Shown here piece by piece: positions 42,901 through 56,900 of a DNA stretch of 64,000 bases. Each line of letters starts with the position of its first letter. The stretch's first letter is position 1. This stretch comes from Trichoplax sp. H2 (taxonomy: Eukaryota): assembly GCA_003344405.1 (NCBI GenBank), contig NOWV01000023.1:496001-560000 (forward strand), written 5' to 3'. The position numbers were made by a program, and so were the translations under genes. The notes below the pieces were generated by a model that was not told the DNA's origin, searched no databases, and saw nothing but the letters and a program-made list of their open reading frames with translations.

Positions 42901-45900
42901 TTATTGAAGGCGGCTTTAAATTCTAGTGAATTCGTTTCTTAAATTTTTGCAAATGTTTAATTTTTGGATTAAAAATGCAATTATGCATCAATATGGTTAT
43001 TAACGAAAAATATCGATAGTTCCACATCACCTTATCAACATAATTGTTCTTTTTTCTGTCTTATTAAGATTCTTCGATGATTTTAACTCAATTTTTATTT
43101 ATAATCTTGGAATTACGGAAAGATGGATATCATTCATGACTTATATGTTACATTGTTTATTTAGGGTGCGATCTTGGAGCACTTACTAAGGATTCAGCGT
43201 TTTATAAATGGTAAATATTGCATCATCGAACTGGAATCTGTCAGAAGACATTATCGTAATCAATACCACGGTAGTTGAAGATATTGAATCTTTATTGACA
43301 CACTATAACTTAATTGTTGCTTAACTATGATTCATTGAATAAGCAACTGCCTTAATACTAAAATCAGTAGCGTATTACATGAATTCCTATCTCCTACTTC
43401 AAGTATCGCCCTCACTCCGTCCAAGGTGATCAAGGCCGAGGTACTATACTTACAGCAATTACAATATGTAGATGATCTAATTCGTGCAAATTACAGTACT
43501 ATATTTTCGTAATAGTTGAACTAAATTCAGTTTTCAATTTGATTATATCTGCATATAAGAGCACGTGATTATCAGGGGAAATGATTTTCGGTAAAAAAAT
43601 ACATTGGATAGCATAGGATATCAGTCTGTGCGTTTAAAATTTACTCACAGAATATGGATTCACCCCATCCTATTTCGCATATTGTTTGGAGAAGTAAATA
43701 ATATATCGTTTTGCATATAGTAATGACATTTAGAATAGGTAGTATTGCTTGTCTTTATTGAAGTCTATGTTTCTAGGTTAGACTACTAATTAAAATCAAA
43801 GCTTGGATTATATCCTAATCAATAGGGGGGGGATATAAATTACATATCCAGCTTTTTATGTGCAATTATGGCCATTGGATGATTTATTGAAGCATCCCAA
43901 GTATGACATAATCATATAGTATTTTGTATTTATTGTAACCTATGAACGGAATTCATGTGATATTATATGCAGCAGTAGCATTTAAACTGAGAAATTAAAA
44001 ACATTTATTATACAATGATGATATTAAATATGCATGATTGACTATATAAACAGCTATTGTTGTTGAGTTGTAATTATTCCGAAGTACAGTATAGCACCAG
44101 TTAGTGGTCAAGACTATTTCTGTACCAATAGTATATCAACAAGTGACTCAAATACTACTAGAAGTAATACAAAATAGCATCATCTTGTACTTCCGTAATT
44201 AACAACCTAAATTTCTATATAGTTACTTACCAAATCTTATCGTAGCCGATACTGACATAATTCAAGGAATGCAAAATGGCTATTTCTTAAATTGTGAATT
44301 ATAATCTTTATTAATGATATCAGTAATGCATCATTTAAAATGTATTATTGAGTTGTATAGTGATCAGGTTTTTATACAGAGTTTGAATTTACAACGATAA
44401 TATCACGAATCTGTGGGATTCCCTTAAATAGATTAATCTATTCTACCTGATTTTATGAATGTAAGGACGCAATTTGTCAGAAATAGGTATTATGTAGTTT
44501 ACTATTAGTAGCTAAAGATACAATAGAAGGTGTAGCTGGAGATTTCACCAACTATAATTATGAATCGTACGAATAAATCCCCAGATAAAGCTCATTTCCC
44601 CTTTGTTTGTTTACATATCGCAATAGGGATCGTCTATCAGATCGATATATTATAAGAAAGAACTAAGATAGTTTTTGAACAATTTCAAAGTACAGGAATT
44701 CGCTATAATGTTTAGAAGTAAACTGCAACAACATTCGAGTACTAATTGATGCTTACAAAATTGCTATTCTATATTTCTATAAGAATATTGTTAGTATTAT
44801 TAATGTTCATCCTATATGCACATATTAGTATGATGTCGATTTAACCTTTATATTAAATTATTAAAGGGCGTACTTACATAATTCAAAAATATTCTTATAA
44901 GTAAAGTGAATAAACAGAGTCCACTTTTATTACCTTCTTTGACCTATCTATAAATCGCGGTTATTACGTCATTTAAGCATTTTACCAGTATTGTTTATAG
45001 AATCCGCCAATTAAGTTAAATTTACTGGCGAAAAAATAATCTGATCGAAACAAAGCTACTTTACTTCAATACAGTGCAGGTGAGTAAAATTCAGGTTTTT
45101 GTAATTACTGGCCAAAAGTTTTCTAAATTTACTAAAGCTATTTCTATGTCGATAAGTAATAGAAGCCTTTAACCGCAAGTACTATTTTTATCTATTGTTT
45201 ATTTATTCTTCTATCGTGGGTTCTGTTTAAATCTCTGTAATAAATTTAAATTTATGCTATCTTATAAGAATCATTAAATTTGTAAAAACATTAGCAAAAA
45301 TATAAATATAGGCGCACTTGGAGTTGGTTTTCAGAGAACCTACTTTGAAATCACAAGCTTAGTATCGAAGCAACTGTTTTAATTTTTATAAAAACCAAGA
45401 AAAATTGCGGTAAGTCGATAATATTCGAAAGATTTAATTCGAATTCATCTGATATTGATTTTATAGTATTAAAATTCACCATATAAGTTTGGAAGACTTT
45501 GTTAACTATTACTTAACATGATGAAGTTATTATGATTTATTTGCGGCATTAAAAGCTACACTGATTTAATTATGTAACGACCATAAACTAATTTATACAC
45601 TTTGCATATATATTTTAAAATTGTAAAATTAGGGTATAAATTCAAATCCTGTTCATATATCACTATTTTAGTAGTCACCATTTGTACTCCACTTTCTTTG
45701 ATAGTTTTATAACTTCTTTCTAATATTTCGATGTTATAGCTTGCACACTTTTGATCGTTTAATTTATTTAGTTAGCCTGTTTAGAAATTATTTCTGTTAG
45801 CTGTACAGATTCGTGTATTAAGATAATTAATAATAGTTTTTGGTCAGAAAATCCGGAACAGCCTGCTCTAATGTTTTATTGGCGACAAACTCTTAGATCT

Positions 45901-45912
45901 AAAAAATTCAAA

Positions 45913-48900
45913 ATGAGAAAAAGAGTAATGACGGACTGGTTGAAGGAAATACTCGAAGAGAATGCTGTGGAAGGAATACATTACGTTAACGGGAGCAAGG
46001 ATACCTTTGCTATCAAGTGGGTACATGCTTCCAATAAGAGCTATGACCCTGATTGTCACGGTGCTATATTTAAGCGTTGGATGAAGAAAAGTAGAAAATT
46101 AGATAAATATAAGTCAAATTATAGTATGTGGAAGACCAACTTCCGCTGTGCTATTAATTCTCTTCCGGACGTCATGTGTTTGAGCGCCACAGATAGTCAA
46201 TTTGCTGATGATGATAAATATAAAGGTTACAAAATATTCCAGTTTGTTGATGAAAAACTGAAATCTCAGCGTAAGTTATTTGTATATCACTTTGATTGCG
46301 AGAGAAATAAAATGATTAATTTTTATCGTAATTAATATACCTGCTATATATAATTCGTATTTTGTCAACATAATTTTAGCATATCTCGAAAAAAATGGAA
46401 CAAATAACTTGAAATATACAAATATATATGAGTAATAATTAGGCTTTACTTTTGCAGTTATAACGAAGTCTCGGAATCGTCAAAATCAAAATCGCAAATT
46501 CAAGTCTGAAAGAAAGGTAAAATAAATTCAATATTTGTATTCTACTGCTATCATAATATTCAGTTCAATAGACTATTCCCCCGAATTAGTCTATCTTTCT
46601 AGTACTTTGTTGTATGTTGATGAAGTATTCAATCTGATAAAATGCACTTAATATTCAAAATCAATACAATTCAATCAAAATTTAACTATCAGTTCGTGAA
46701 TATTGAGTGTAACCTAGGATAGTTGCGGGTATTAGGATAAACTATAATTTTGCACAAGTTATGTTAGCGTGTATCGATTAATAATGTAGCTATTATTACA
46801 GTTAAATACTTATCTAGATAACTAGATTCAAGTGAGAGCCAGATGGTCTTAATTATCACACTAATTCATATTAGTCGCAAAATTTGATAATAATTTTGAA
46901 CCAATAAACCGAAGTTCATATTTTTTCTGGATGACAATACTATAAATTTGAGTTTGGTTTAAGAAGTCAAGGATAAAATCTCCATATAAAGACTTACTAG
47001 AAACTTAATAATCAGTCATCATGGCAACACAATGTCTTTTTCTAATATGTAGTCTATAGTGTTGCAATAATTTCTAAAATATTTCAATTAGTTATCACAT
47101 GTAACTATATCAGGTAAAGTATAAAGGATTAAAAATTACATTGGAGTTATTTTACGCAAAGGTAGATAAAGTATCAAAGGGTGATTGTCAAAAATCAAAT
47201 ATTCCTGTATCAATTCTTTAGGTATAGGTGTTAAATCCTCACCGATTGATTTTTATTGACATATCGTATGAGTGTAATAGGAGCTATTAAATCATGATAG
47301 AGAGAAATGGGAATAGATTATATTATTAGAACATAATAATATTGCTCAAGTTACGAGTTTAAGTGTACTTTTGACTAGTGATTTGCTGTTTTGTATGTGG
47401 TTGGATTTGAAATATCTTATTAACATGATATTTTTCAAATTGAATGTAGGCCTGCCATTTAGATAAGTCAGGAAGATGTTCAATGGGTAAAATTAAGATG
47501 ACTATCCAATAATTTACTAATATTTAAATTAAAGTAAAGACAGAGCTCAAATTTTCATGCTATAGTGTTACCACTTTGTATCTGTGTAAGCTTACAAACA
47601 GTTCTCACAATTAGCAAGAAGCAGTGGATATCTCCAAAATTGCCTGATTACTACCAGCTAGTAATCATACTGTATATTATGATATCAATATAGGTGATTT
47701 AGACTCAAATGCGTCAAGTCCTCATGAATCATTATCACCGGTACAAACACCACCACAGTCGTCAGAGCTCTTGGCAAGTTCTTTTGGCTATTCCGTATGT
47801 TCCAATGATGACAGACACTATTCAGGTTGATAGAATTATTTTCATTGCTGGTATTTTTTAAAATCTATAATTATATAATGAAAGTTAATTATTAGTTGCG
47901 TAGAAGAACACTAGAATTAGACTGATCGGTTGAACAGTGAAATATTGACTTGTAAATTTTAATTAACTCTATAGATTAGGAAAATAACATTTTCATTTGT
48001 GTATTGTTTCTTATTAGGAGATAGTCATTTCTCAAGGGATGAAGAATATTGGGTAAGAAAAGAGATAATAACTTTGCTTTTAGAATTGGCGATATCAGTA
48101 TTTCTAAGTTATTGTGATCAGAGTTTATGCGGTATCTTACTGTTCTATAAATATCTTGTAAGTTACCCATAACGTACTTCATTATCACTTAGCTCAGAAT
48201 ACGAGTAGCGACTACCAGAAACCCAAAATAAAAACATTAAGTCGATTATTGAACAGAAAATAATATTATTTCTGCAGTAAAGGCGCTTTTACGGTAGTGA
48301 ATAATTTAAGTTAGACCGTGCTAGTGATTCATTTACTATGTAATAGTTTACAGAAATACCACACGTAAGTTCTTACAAGATTTCTTCATACTTAGAGTTC
48401 AGTGAACCAGGCTAATAATTTGCTGGTCTACAGTAGCATAAATAAATGATATTCTTTTTAATTGGAGTAGAGGGTTATTAGTTCGCAATTTCGAATTTAT
48501 TTATTAAGCCTAGTAAAAATTTATAATTAATTGATTATACTCTTACCTTACGATATTTTGATTCATTTGATCATTTTTGTATTACAGTGATAATTAACTA
48601 TTTTCTTAATATACGCGTGTTTACGTTGTCTATTGCATTTTATATTATTAGCTTAGCAGTTTCTTGATGTAATGCGACATTAAAATTACTATTATGGGTT
48701 GTCTTGTGATCGAAATTGATGAATCTCATATCTGAAAACTCTTCATTTTTAGACTGATATTAGCGCTGTTCTCTCATTAAATGAAAAAGGGGATAAAATT
48801 AAAAATGATTATAATTTGAATGAAACTGCTCTATCGGAAATCAACCAGTGGGATGAAAATTTACGTGATGATGTCTACTTCGGCGGTTGGATGTATAGCG

Positions 48901-48920
48901 CACGGACATTTCCAATGTAA
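45913..48920 (+). CDS. IRF: interferon regulatory factor (IRF1/2-like DNA-binding domain), ~262 aa; exons 45913-46270, 46458-46516, 47450-47486, 47694-47825, 48018-48052, 48753-48920
   Basis: N-terminal IRF Trp-cluster domain MRKRVMTDWL...FAIKWVHA...IFKRW...MWKTNFRCAINSLPD (cf. IRF1/2 WKANFRCAMNSLPD). Downstream exons were inferred from phase-compatible GT-AG sites and are less certain than the DNA-binding exon. An alternative in-frame ATG lies at 45871. Confidence 0.88.
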
Positions 48921-51753
48921 TAAGATTCATTCAGCTCTTCTTACATCGTGAATCTATGAAGCATATTCTTCATAAAGCTTGGATTAGATGGATTCACTAT
49001 AACAGTAATCGTTCCTTTTGCACCTTTACTTGTCAGTAGCGTTGGTATCGTTAGCTAGCCCTACCCGAATCTATCAAATACTAATTCTTAAACTGAAAAT
49101 TCGAAATGGGAGTCACATAAACATGGTCTATGATCTTTACCAGAACTTAAAATTTTTAGAATAATTTCTCATGCGTCATTGCTTAAAAATTATGATTAAT
49201 TTTCGATAGATGCATCAATTTGTAGATCATTTATAAGTTTAATACAACTTCCATGTTCGAACCTTGTCAGTAAAAAATGACCTTGATTGGTGTTGTAAAT
49301 ATCAAACCGATTTTTTCAGTTTTATTCTGTTTTTAGTATTGTTATTAAGAATATTCTGAATTGAAATTATTTTTTAACCATTTTCGAGTATTCTTTATAA
49401 TAAGAATATATCCGTTTTCGTAACTACGATACTGAGCTGATCAAAATCAATATTGATGTACGAATTCTGGCCTCGAACGATTACCTTCAAATGATATCTA
49501 ACGGGGGCTATCATAACCATGAAAAGATAATGTAATTGGAAATTTAATATTTTATTCAATAATATAATTAATTGATGTAATCAGTTATATGATATAATCA
49601 TAATAGTGGCTTCGTCTACTGTATACCTATGTAAATGCTAGTATGCTTATAAATAGCTTACGGCTTTATCGAATAATGGCTAAGTGTAATTGAACGTGGA
49701 ATTGTAAAAATGATTCATCAGTGAAACTTAGTCATGCCACATTTAGTACATACAAAGTTCAGCCTATAACATTAAAATAAATGTTATTGCAATATTCATA
49801 AACATCACATTGGAAATTAATTACAGTGAAATATTACCTTTCAGAAAATTTCCTTTAGGATTATTTTGTTTGCAACCTTTACTTCGACATCCTTAAATTA
49901 ATTTTGATGGTTGGATAGCTTGAAATACGGTAAAAATTATTTTATGGAAAGTACGGATATGCGGAATGATTAGTGGACCATTTATGAATATTTATGACAA
50001 CTGGGGAAAAGTAATTACTGTCGGTATAATTAGGTTATGTTAGTAGTTAACCATGTGATGATTTGACTCCTATTTGTAAAAAAGTTGACAACATAGCAAA
50101 CTCCCTATCACAGTTGGCCCTGCATGGTGCCATGATCATATATTTCCGTCGGCGTCATGCATCAATAGCGCTGTAGAATGTAGAGAATATGCAAGGTCCT
50201 ATACTTACAGTCCTACTAACTATCTCCGTTCATCTCGCTGGTGTCCGTGACCCTAAATATAAATCACCAGGCAGGTCTACACAAACACATTCCATGCAGA
50301 TTAATGCCGGTAATTCTCTGCAGAATCTTTCCGGGAATGTCCATTATAGCAATCCAAACGTATCAATGTTTGCTTTACTAAAGCTGGCCGTGCATGAAAT
50401 TGCGATTAATTAAAGTACTGTATTTTGATCTATTTTACAACTAATGGATATACTGCTGCTCATCTCCGAATCAACTCTGCATTTTACGAATTCTATTCCA
50501 TTTAATTACGTATGCAAATGAAGGAAGCGGAACTGAATAAAATGATTTTAATTTATAAAAGTAGCTGCTCCAAATACTATTCAAGATATCTTTACAAAAA
50601 GGTTTTAAAGAACGCTACATTGATGTCACTGCTCCATTTGACTGATTATATTTAATAAGACGGGTTGTTAGAGTTACATAAACTTAAAATTCAGCATTAG
50701 GAACGATCCAGTGAATTTCTTTCTTTTCCTTATGGTTAGATAAGAATAAAGCCGTTTATGACACCATAAAAGCGAAGGGTAATGAATTGGTTCCATTTTA
50801 GGGAAATTTGCTTAATCAACATTACTCTTGAAATACGTAACAAAATATTTGAAAATGATTACTCAACTCAAGAGTGAAGCTGATTAAGTAAATTTCCGAC
50901 TAATTTAAGCCATCATTCGGGCATTGGCCAACTTCAGGGTTTGTCTATAGCTGACAGATGCGGTACGAATGACGACGATTGAATGATTGAAGAAAAATGC
51001 AATCAATCCACAACAATTTGTTGATGACCATTGCGGTAAGATTACAAAACTATATCAACTTAGTGTAAAATAGTTACATCTAAGGAATTTCTCGTAATAT
51101 TACTCTATGCCAGGCCATGAGATTCTAGAAAAATACAATTTGAAAATCTCTGTGACATAGCTGGAGTAGGAATTCAATGGGATTTCATCGAACTCCAGTA
51201 CTGATGCAGTCATACTAATGTTGTAACCTACAGTAGTAACTACTATGGAAAAATATCAGAGTGCTCGGTTGGGGTCGTGAAATTCAATCCAATAGCGAGT
51301 TGAGTTGTGGACTTGTGGTTGATTCTGATGCTGCAAAGAAGAACCGAGTTGGTTCAGGTTGAGCGAGTGGCGGGTGGAAATTTTTGGTGATTTAAGGTTG
51401 AGTTTAGTTTCAAGAGCGTATATTGCCTTTAGGATTCAAGCTGGATCTAGGGGTTCATCTCGTCATTTTGAAGCTCTCTGCTCCCTACTCGTATATAGTA
51501 GTGAATAACTAAACTCCTATACTGTACTTTGGATCAATTCAATCTTTCCCCTTCTTAGTAGACCCGGACTACAGTAGACTATGGTCAATATACAGTAGCA
51601 GTCCACGATTGCAACGATCGTTCAAGAAAATGCGCAATCTAGGATTACTGTACTGTATAACTGTAGAATCACAACCAACGATTTACACTGTGGGACACGG
51701 ATACCTAATTTTGGCCAATGAGATGTGATTTCTTGTTTTTGGTAACTATACCC

Positions 51754-51993
51754 TACCGAATGAGGTCAAAATATCGAAAAATGAATTGCTTAGTATGGAT
51801 CTTCTGCATCTGTTTTTCGTTTATTTTTTTTATTTTATTTTATCCTCCAATGCTGTACTCATGCACTAGAATACTAGATGCACCTGGCTAGGAAATTCGT
51901 CAGACAGACAGACAGACTTTTTTTGATACCAAATGAGGCCCAAAAATGGAAAAATGAATTGCTTAGTATGGATCTTCTGTATCTATTTTTCGT
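51754..51993. repeat. ~65-bp direct repeat pair (51754-51820 and 51927-51993) flanking a (CAGA)n tract
   Basis: Shared core gaaaaatgaattgcttagtatggatcttctg.atct.tttttcgt. Confidence 0.85.
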
Positions 51994-52494
51994 AATCATG
52001 GCTTGTAGTAATTATAATTGAAGAATATTCATAACTTAATATAACTATTTTGAAGTAGAACTTGGTAACATAGAAATAGATTTCAATATCCCTCCCACCC
52101 TAAACTAGCATGACTTGATTTAGAAAAGAAACCAATCACAGAATGGAGCAAGCGCTTAATGGCTTTAGTATGCCAAAAAGCCTGGAGTTGAAAATCCTCT
52201 TGACTACTGCACCATGTACAGTGTACAGTACAGCAGTAAATGACAAAGGAGCGTTTGCTACCTACCCACTTACACTTCCTTGTATCACGATGACGATAGA
52301 GCTTACTGTACACTGAGTGTATGCACAGTAGTACAGTGGCGCAAAAGGGACAACTTTTACGGAATAGAATCTGTACAGGAGTAAAAAAAGAATTTCTACC
52401 TATTTTGGGCTAGCATACAGTAGGCCTAGCCTATTGTACAGTATGGACTTGATCATGAACATGATGAATGGGGATTAAGGGTATACAGTACAGT

Positions 52495-53060
52495 ACAGTA
52501 AATTGTTAGCAAAACGATGTCACTATTAGCAAGTACTGGTACTGTAAATTGTTAGCAAAACGATGTCACTATTAACAAGTACGGCACTGTAAATTGTTAG
52601 CAAAACGATGTCACTACTAGCAAGTACTGTAGAGTACTGTACTGTATATTGTTAGTAAAACGATGTCACTACCAGCAAGTTGAGTACTGTAAATTGTTAG
52701 CAAAACGATTTCACTATTAGAAAGTACGGCACTGTAAATTGTTAGCAAAACGATGTCACTACTAGCAAGTAGAGTACGTACTAAATTGTTAGTAAAACGA
52801 TGTCACTACTAGCAAGTAGAGTACTGTACTGTATATTGTTAGTAAAACGATGTCACTACTAGCAAGTTGAGTACTGTAAATTGTTAGCAAAACGATGTCA
52901 CTATTAGAAAGTACTGCACTGTAAATTGTTAGCAAAACGATGTCACTACTAGCAATTAGCAAGTAGAGTACTGTAAATTGTTAGCAAAACGATGTCACTA
53001 CTAGCAAGTAGAGTACTGTATATTGTTAGCAAAACGATGTCACTACTAGCAAGTACTGTA
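52495..53060. repeat. minisatellite, 12 copies of a ~45-bp unit
   Basis: Core ttgttag(c/t)aaaacgatgtcacta(c/t)tagcaagt repeated 12 times, with related variable-length gtactgta linkers. Confidence 0.95.
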
Positions 53061-53935
53061 CTGTACTATACAGTGTACAGTACTGTAAAGTCATTCTACA
53101 GTACAGTACTGTACTGCACGTACTGTACATTGTACAATGTACAGCTTGGATTACGACTTAGGCGCTTGCACCTACAGCTTATATTAATTAGCAGCGGCGA
53201 GAAAGAAGTTCAAGTCTGTCCGTTGTTATTTCGAGATATCTATTTGTTTATAGAGGTAATTCATTTTATCAAGGTAACAGAGCTAAGTAACTTCCATTAT
53301 TGCATCCCTACATGACCATTTTATATGATACAGCCATCGTGGAAATTCAATCTTAGTCTGCTATAAATTGTTCAGTAGTATCGTGCGTCATACAACCATT
53401 CAATGGTTGAGTACTGTATCGTGGACTACACTAATGTACAGTACTGAATGGACAATGTTACCTCATTTTTTGATCATTGAAAACTCAATGGTTAGGATAA
53501 ATTATTCTAGGGATACTTGCTCGATCGATCTGATCAATTGTTAGCTTCAGCATTCTTCTGAGTAATAGGTGTCATTTCATCAATATCCAATATTCTTCAT
53601 TACCTTAATCGCTTACTGAAGTGATCCATTTAGAATGTTAATGGTATTGTCTTTCGTTGGACATTAGAAATTGCAGCTTGGTGAAGCGGAGAATGTGGTC
53701 TGAATATCAACGTTAAATTAGCCCAACGTATCCACTGTCAACATAATACAGCAAATCACTGCTTAAATTGCTACTTATCCTATTGAAGGTATTGAGCTGA
53801 CCATAGCTTTCAACTTTACCTTTGGAAAATTGATCGGCCACATGCTTAATAACAACAATTACCCTAGCCACAAGTAACGCAAATTAATCATTGCTATCCA
53901 CTAGCTACTACAATCAATCGTTTTACAATTCAGCA

Positions 53936-56900
53936 ATGGGAGTTCCTGCCTTTTTCCGTTGGCTATCTAAGAAATATCCTTCTATTATAGCATATTGCTA
54001 TGAAGAAAAGGTATAATTATTTCCATATCTTGCATTATAACTGATAATCACGTATGGTAGTTGTGCAGTATCAGCGATATACTATCATCCGTCTAAATCT
54101 CCAACTATAGCTCTTACACGATGCATAAGTTCCGTCCCCTTGTAATAAAGATGTCATAGATATGCATGATAACGTACAACATTCATTTCATAATCAAGTG
54201 AATCTTGATGCTAATTTGCATCATCGCGTACTTTGTACTTTATTCGTTAGTATCCATAATGGATTGCATCTCTAGAATAATACAGTACTTATACTGCGGT
54301 ATTGATGCTAATTTGCACATTCTACTTTGCAAAAAGAGCGGAAAATTCTATTCGTCCGAACATATGAGATCGATGTATTTATTATGATGCTCAATAGGCT
54401 AACAATACCAACGAATATAATCCGTCCATCATTCGACTTTGCAAAAATAATAGACAATTCTATTAGTGCTAATATATTTGATCGATGTATTTATTTTGAT
54501 GCTCAATAGGCTAAGAATGCCAATGAGTCCGATCCGTCCGTCGACGCCACAGGTCCAAATCCTAATGGTGTCGAATTTGATAACCTATATTTGGATATGA
54601 ACGGAATCATTCATCCCTGCTGCCATCCAGAAGACAAGTATATATCTTCATAGAGTCATTGTATTAACTTGAACTAATATGAGCAGTATATTCTAGTCTA
54701 TAAAGCATCTGCAATCCTTTCTGCATTATGACATAAAATCAGATATCTTGAAAAAAAATTAGATCTTTATCCAATTGCAGTTAACCTAATTGGTAATTCC
54801 CCAACCTTATTGACCTGGGAGTAAATTCCATTGATAGGAATATTGCTAGGTGCCAATAGGCACATTATTTTTTTATGATATTAGCGTCAGCTAGGATTAT
54901 ATTGAAAGAATTGTTCATGATGAAATTTTGTGACGTATGTAGTTGCATTGGATACTGTAGTAGTAACTATTCTGACTTACTAGGCCCGCTCCTCAAACAG
55001 AAGATGACATGATGACTGCTATATTTGATTATATTGATCGGTAATGCTATAAAATGATCTTGACTTTTAATGATGTTTTTCAGTGAGATAAATATTGTTA
55101 AAAATAGGTTAATAATTTTCATAGGATTTTTAACATTGTGCGACCTAGAAAACTGATATACATGGCAATCGATGGAGTTGTAAGGAAATTCCATAGCATA
55201 AAGAAAACATAAATCTGTATTACAGCTGTGAAATAGTTCATAAATTGTGTTAATTTTGCCTATTGATCTGTTTGATGTTTGCCTTTAAGGCACCTAAGGC
55301 TAAAATGAATCAACAACGTTCTAGGCGATTCCGTGCCGCTAAGGATACTCGGTAAGTAGTTGTATTTCTTAAAATTGTTATCGTTTTAAAATCATATAGC
55401 TCATGTTTGTGTTTTTAAGAAATTACCATAATTTACTTCATGATCTTAGCACTTTATAAGTGATTTTCTTTAGCATGATTTTACTATTAGTTTATCATGG
55501 TGATATGTCACAAAGGCCGCGGTTATTTCGACTCTTATATACCTACATCTCTTTTATTATTTAAGAGAAAAAGTGGAACAAGTTCAAAAAATTCGCGGTG
55601 ATTTAGCTGATAAAGGTTCGTTACACCATCACTAGATAATAACGTAATGAGAATAAGTAATAATTATGTAAATGAATTTCAATTATGTTTTTGTAATAAC
55701 ATTTATTAAAGGGTTACTGGAAGATGAGCCTCAGATATCGAGTTCTACTTCCTTTGATAGTAATTGTATTACTCCGGTAATTATGAATATTATTGTTTGT
55801 CACGGAGATAGAGCGATGTTAATAACCGTAATTCTTGCTCGTAGGGGACAGAATTTATGGCTAAACTAGCTAAGTGTCTTCGCTATTATGTTGCTGACAG
55901 ACTAAATAATAATCCTGCGTGGAGCAAGATTGCTGTGAGTCTAACGTATTAATTTATTATGTCAAGTATCATCTTTGAAGTTATTAAACACAAAAATTCG
56001 TAGGTTATATTATCGGATGCAAACGTGCCCGGTGAAGGTGAACATAAAATTATGGATTTTATTCGAAGTCAGAGAGGTTAGTCAAGCATAGAAATAGGGA
56101 AGTCATTAAGTAAGAATTGTCCTAAAGGCTTCGATTTGATCTATTGTTACTTTCCGATTGATACAGAAAATGAACATTACGATCCTAATATAAGCCACTG
56201 TTTATATGGCGCCGACGGTATGTACTATCATGAATATTGAAAACGTTTTTAGCAAATTTACGCTTAGCTTAAAATATGGACTATTTCTATAAAACTTATT
56301 TGATGTCTACTTTCGTTCCATTACGCAGCTGATTTAATTATGCTAGGTACGTATCGTTATCAAGAAAAGACTACGAAATTTTGTTAACAAATTAGTCATA
56401 TTTGTAACAAATCTACGCTGTATTGTGGATTATATAGGAATGGCGACTCATGAGCCTAACTTTACCATAATTCGTGAAGAATTTGTTCCAAATGCTAAGA
56501 AACCTTGTGAAATATGTAATCAATATGGTGAGACTGATAGGGATTACAATTACTGATGATTTGAATTGGTCAAAATCACATTTATCGGAGTAGATACACA
56601 GAGGCTCTACATGACTATATTTTCCTATTCATACCGATCTCATGAGATTTTTCCGCCCATAAATTTTAGGTCATTCAATGCAGGAATGTACAGGAAAAGC
56701 ACGTAAAAAGCAAGGATCCGTAAGTATAGTAGTACTCTTCGCAAATCGTTTAAAATTTTATGCAGTATCACACTTAATAAACTATCGCCTAATTTCTACT
56801 TTAGTTTGCTCTTGATATTGTATTTGAATCAAAGTTACGCCAATTTTGTTTTTTAATGCATTGTAGTTTGATGAACTGCCTCCTCCTGCACAAGAGAAAC

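Larger units (their letters stand above)
51180..53450. mobile_element. repeat-rich insertion, probable non-autonomous transposon relic(s); boundaries approximate
   Basis: Local shift in composition with abundant TACTG/CAGTA low-complexity runs, an internal ~65-bp direct repeat, a (CAGA)n tract at 51901-51917 and a minisatellite. No transposase ORF, terminal repeats or target-site duplication identified. Confidence 0.4.

Noticed and set aside
50090..51170. GC-richer exon-like patches between IRF and the repeat block, including an in-frame TGA in ...MTTIE*LKKNAINP...
   Set aside because: No coherent spliced ORF, no recognisable family and no SECIS identified, so neither a selenoprotein nor a pseudogene call is supported.
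52495..53060. CRISPR-like array (conserved ~30-bp core with variable linkers)
   Set aside because: The linkers are short, mutually similar gtactg derivatives rather than unique spacers. There are no cas genes and the context is eukaryotic.
52992..53315. 107-aa ORF MSLLASRVLY...
   Set aside because: It is a translation of the minisatellite and TACTG low-complexity sequence.
53485..53520. U12-like donor (GTATCCCT) and branch-like TCCTAAC on the minus strand
   Set aside because: The implied intron is under 40 nt and no flanking ORF is open.
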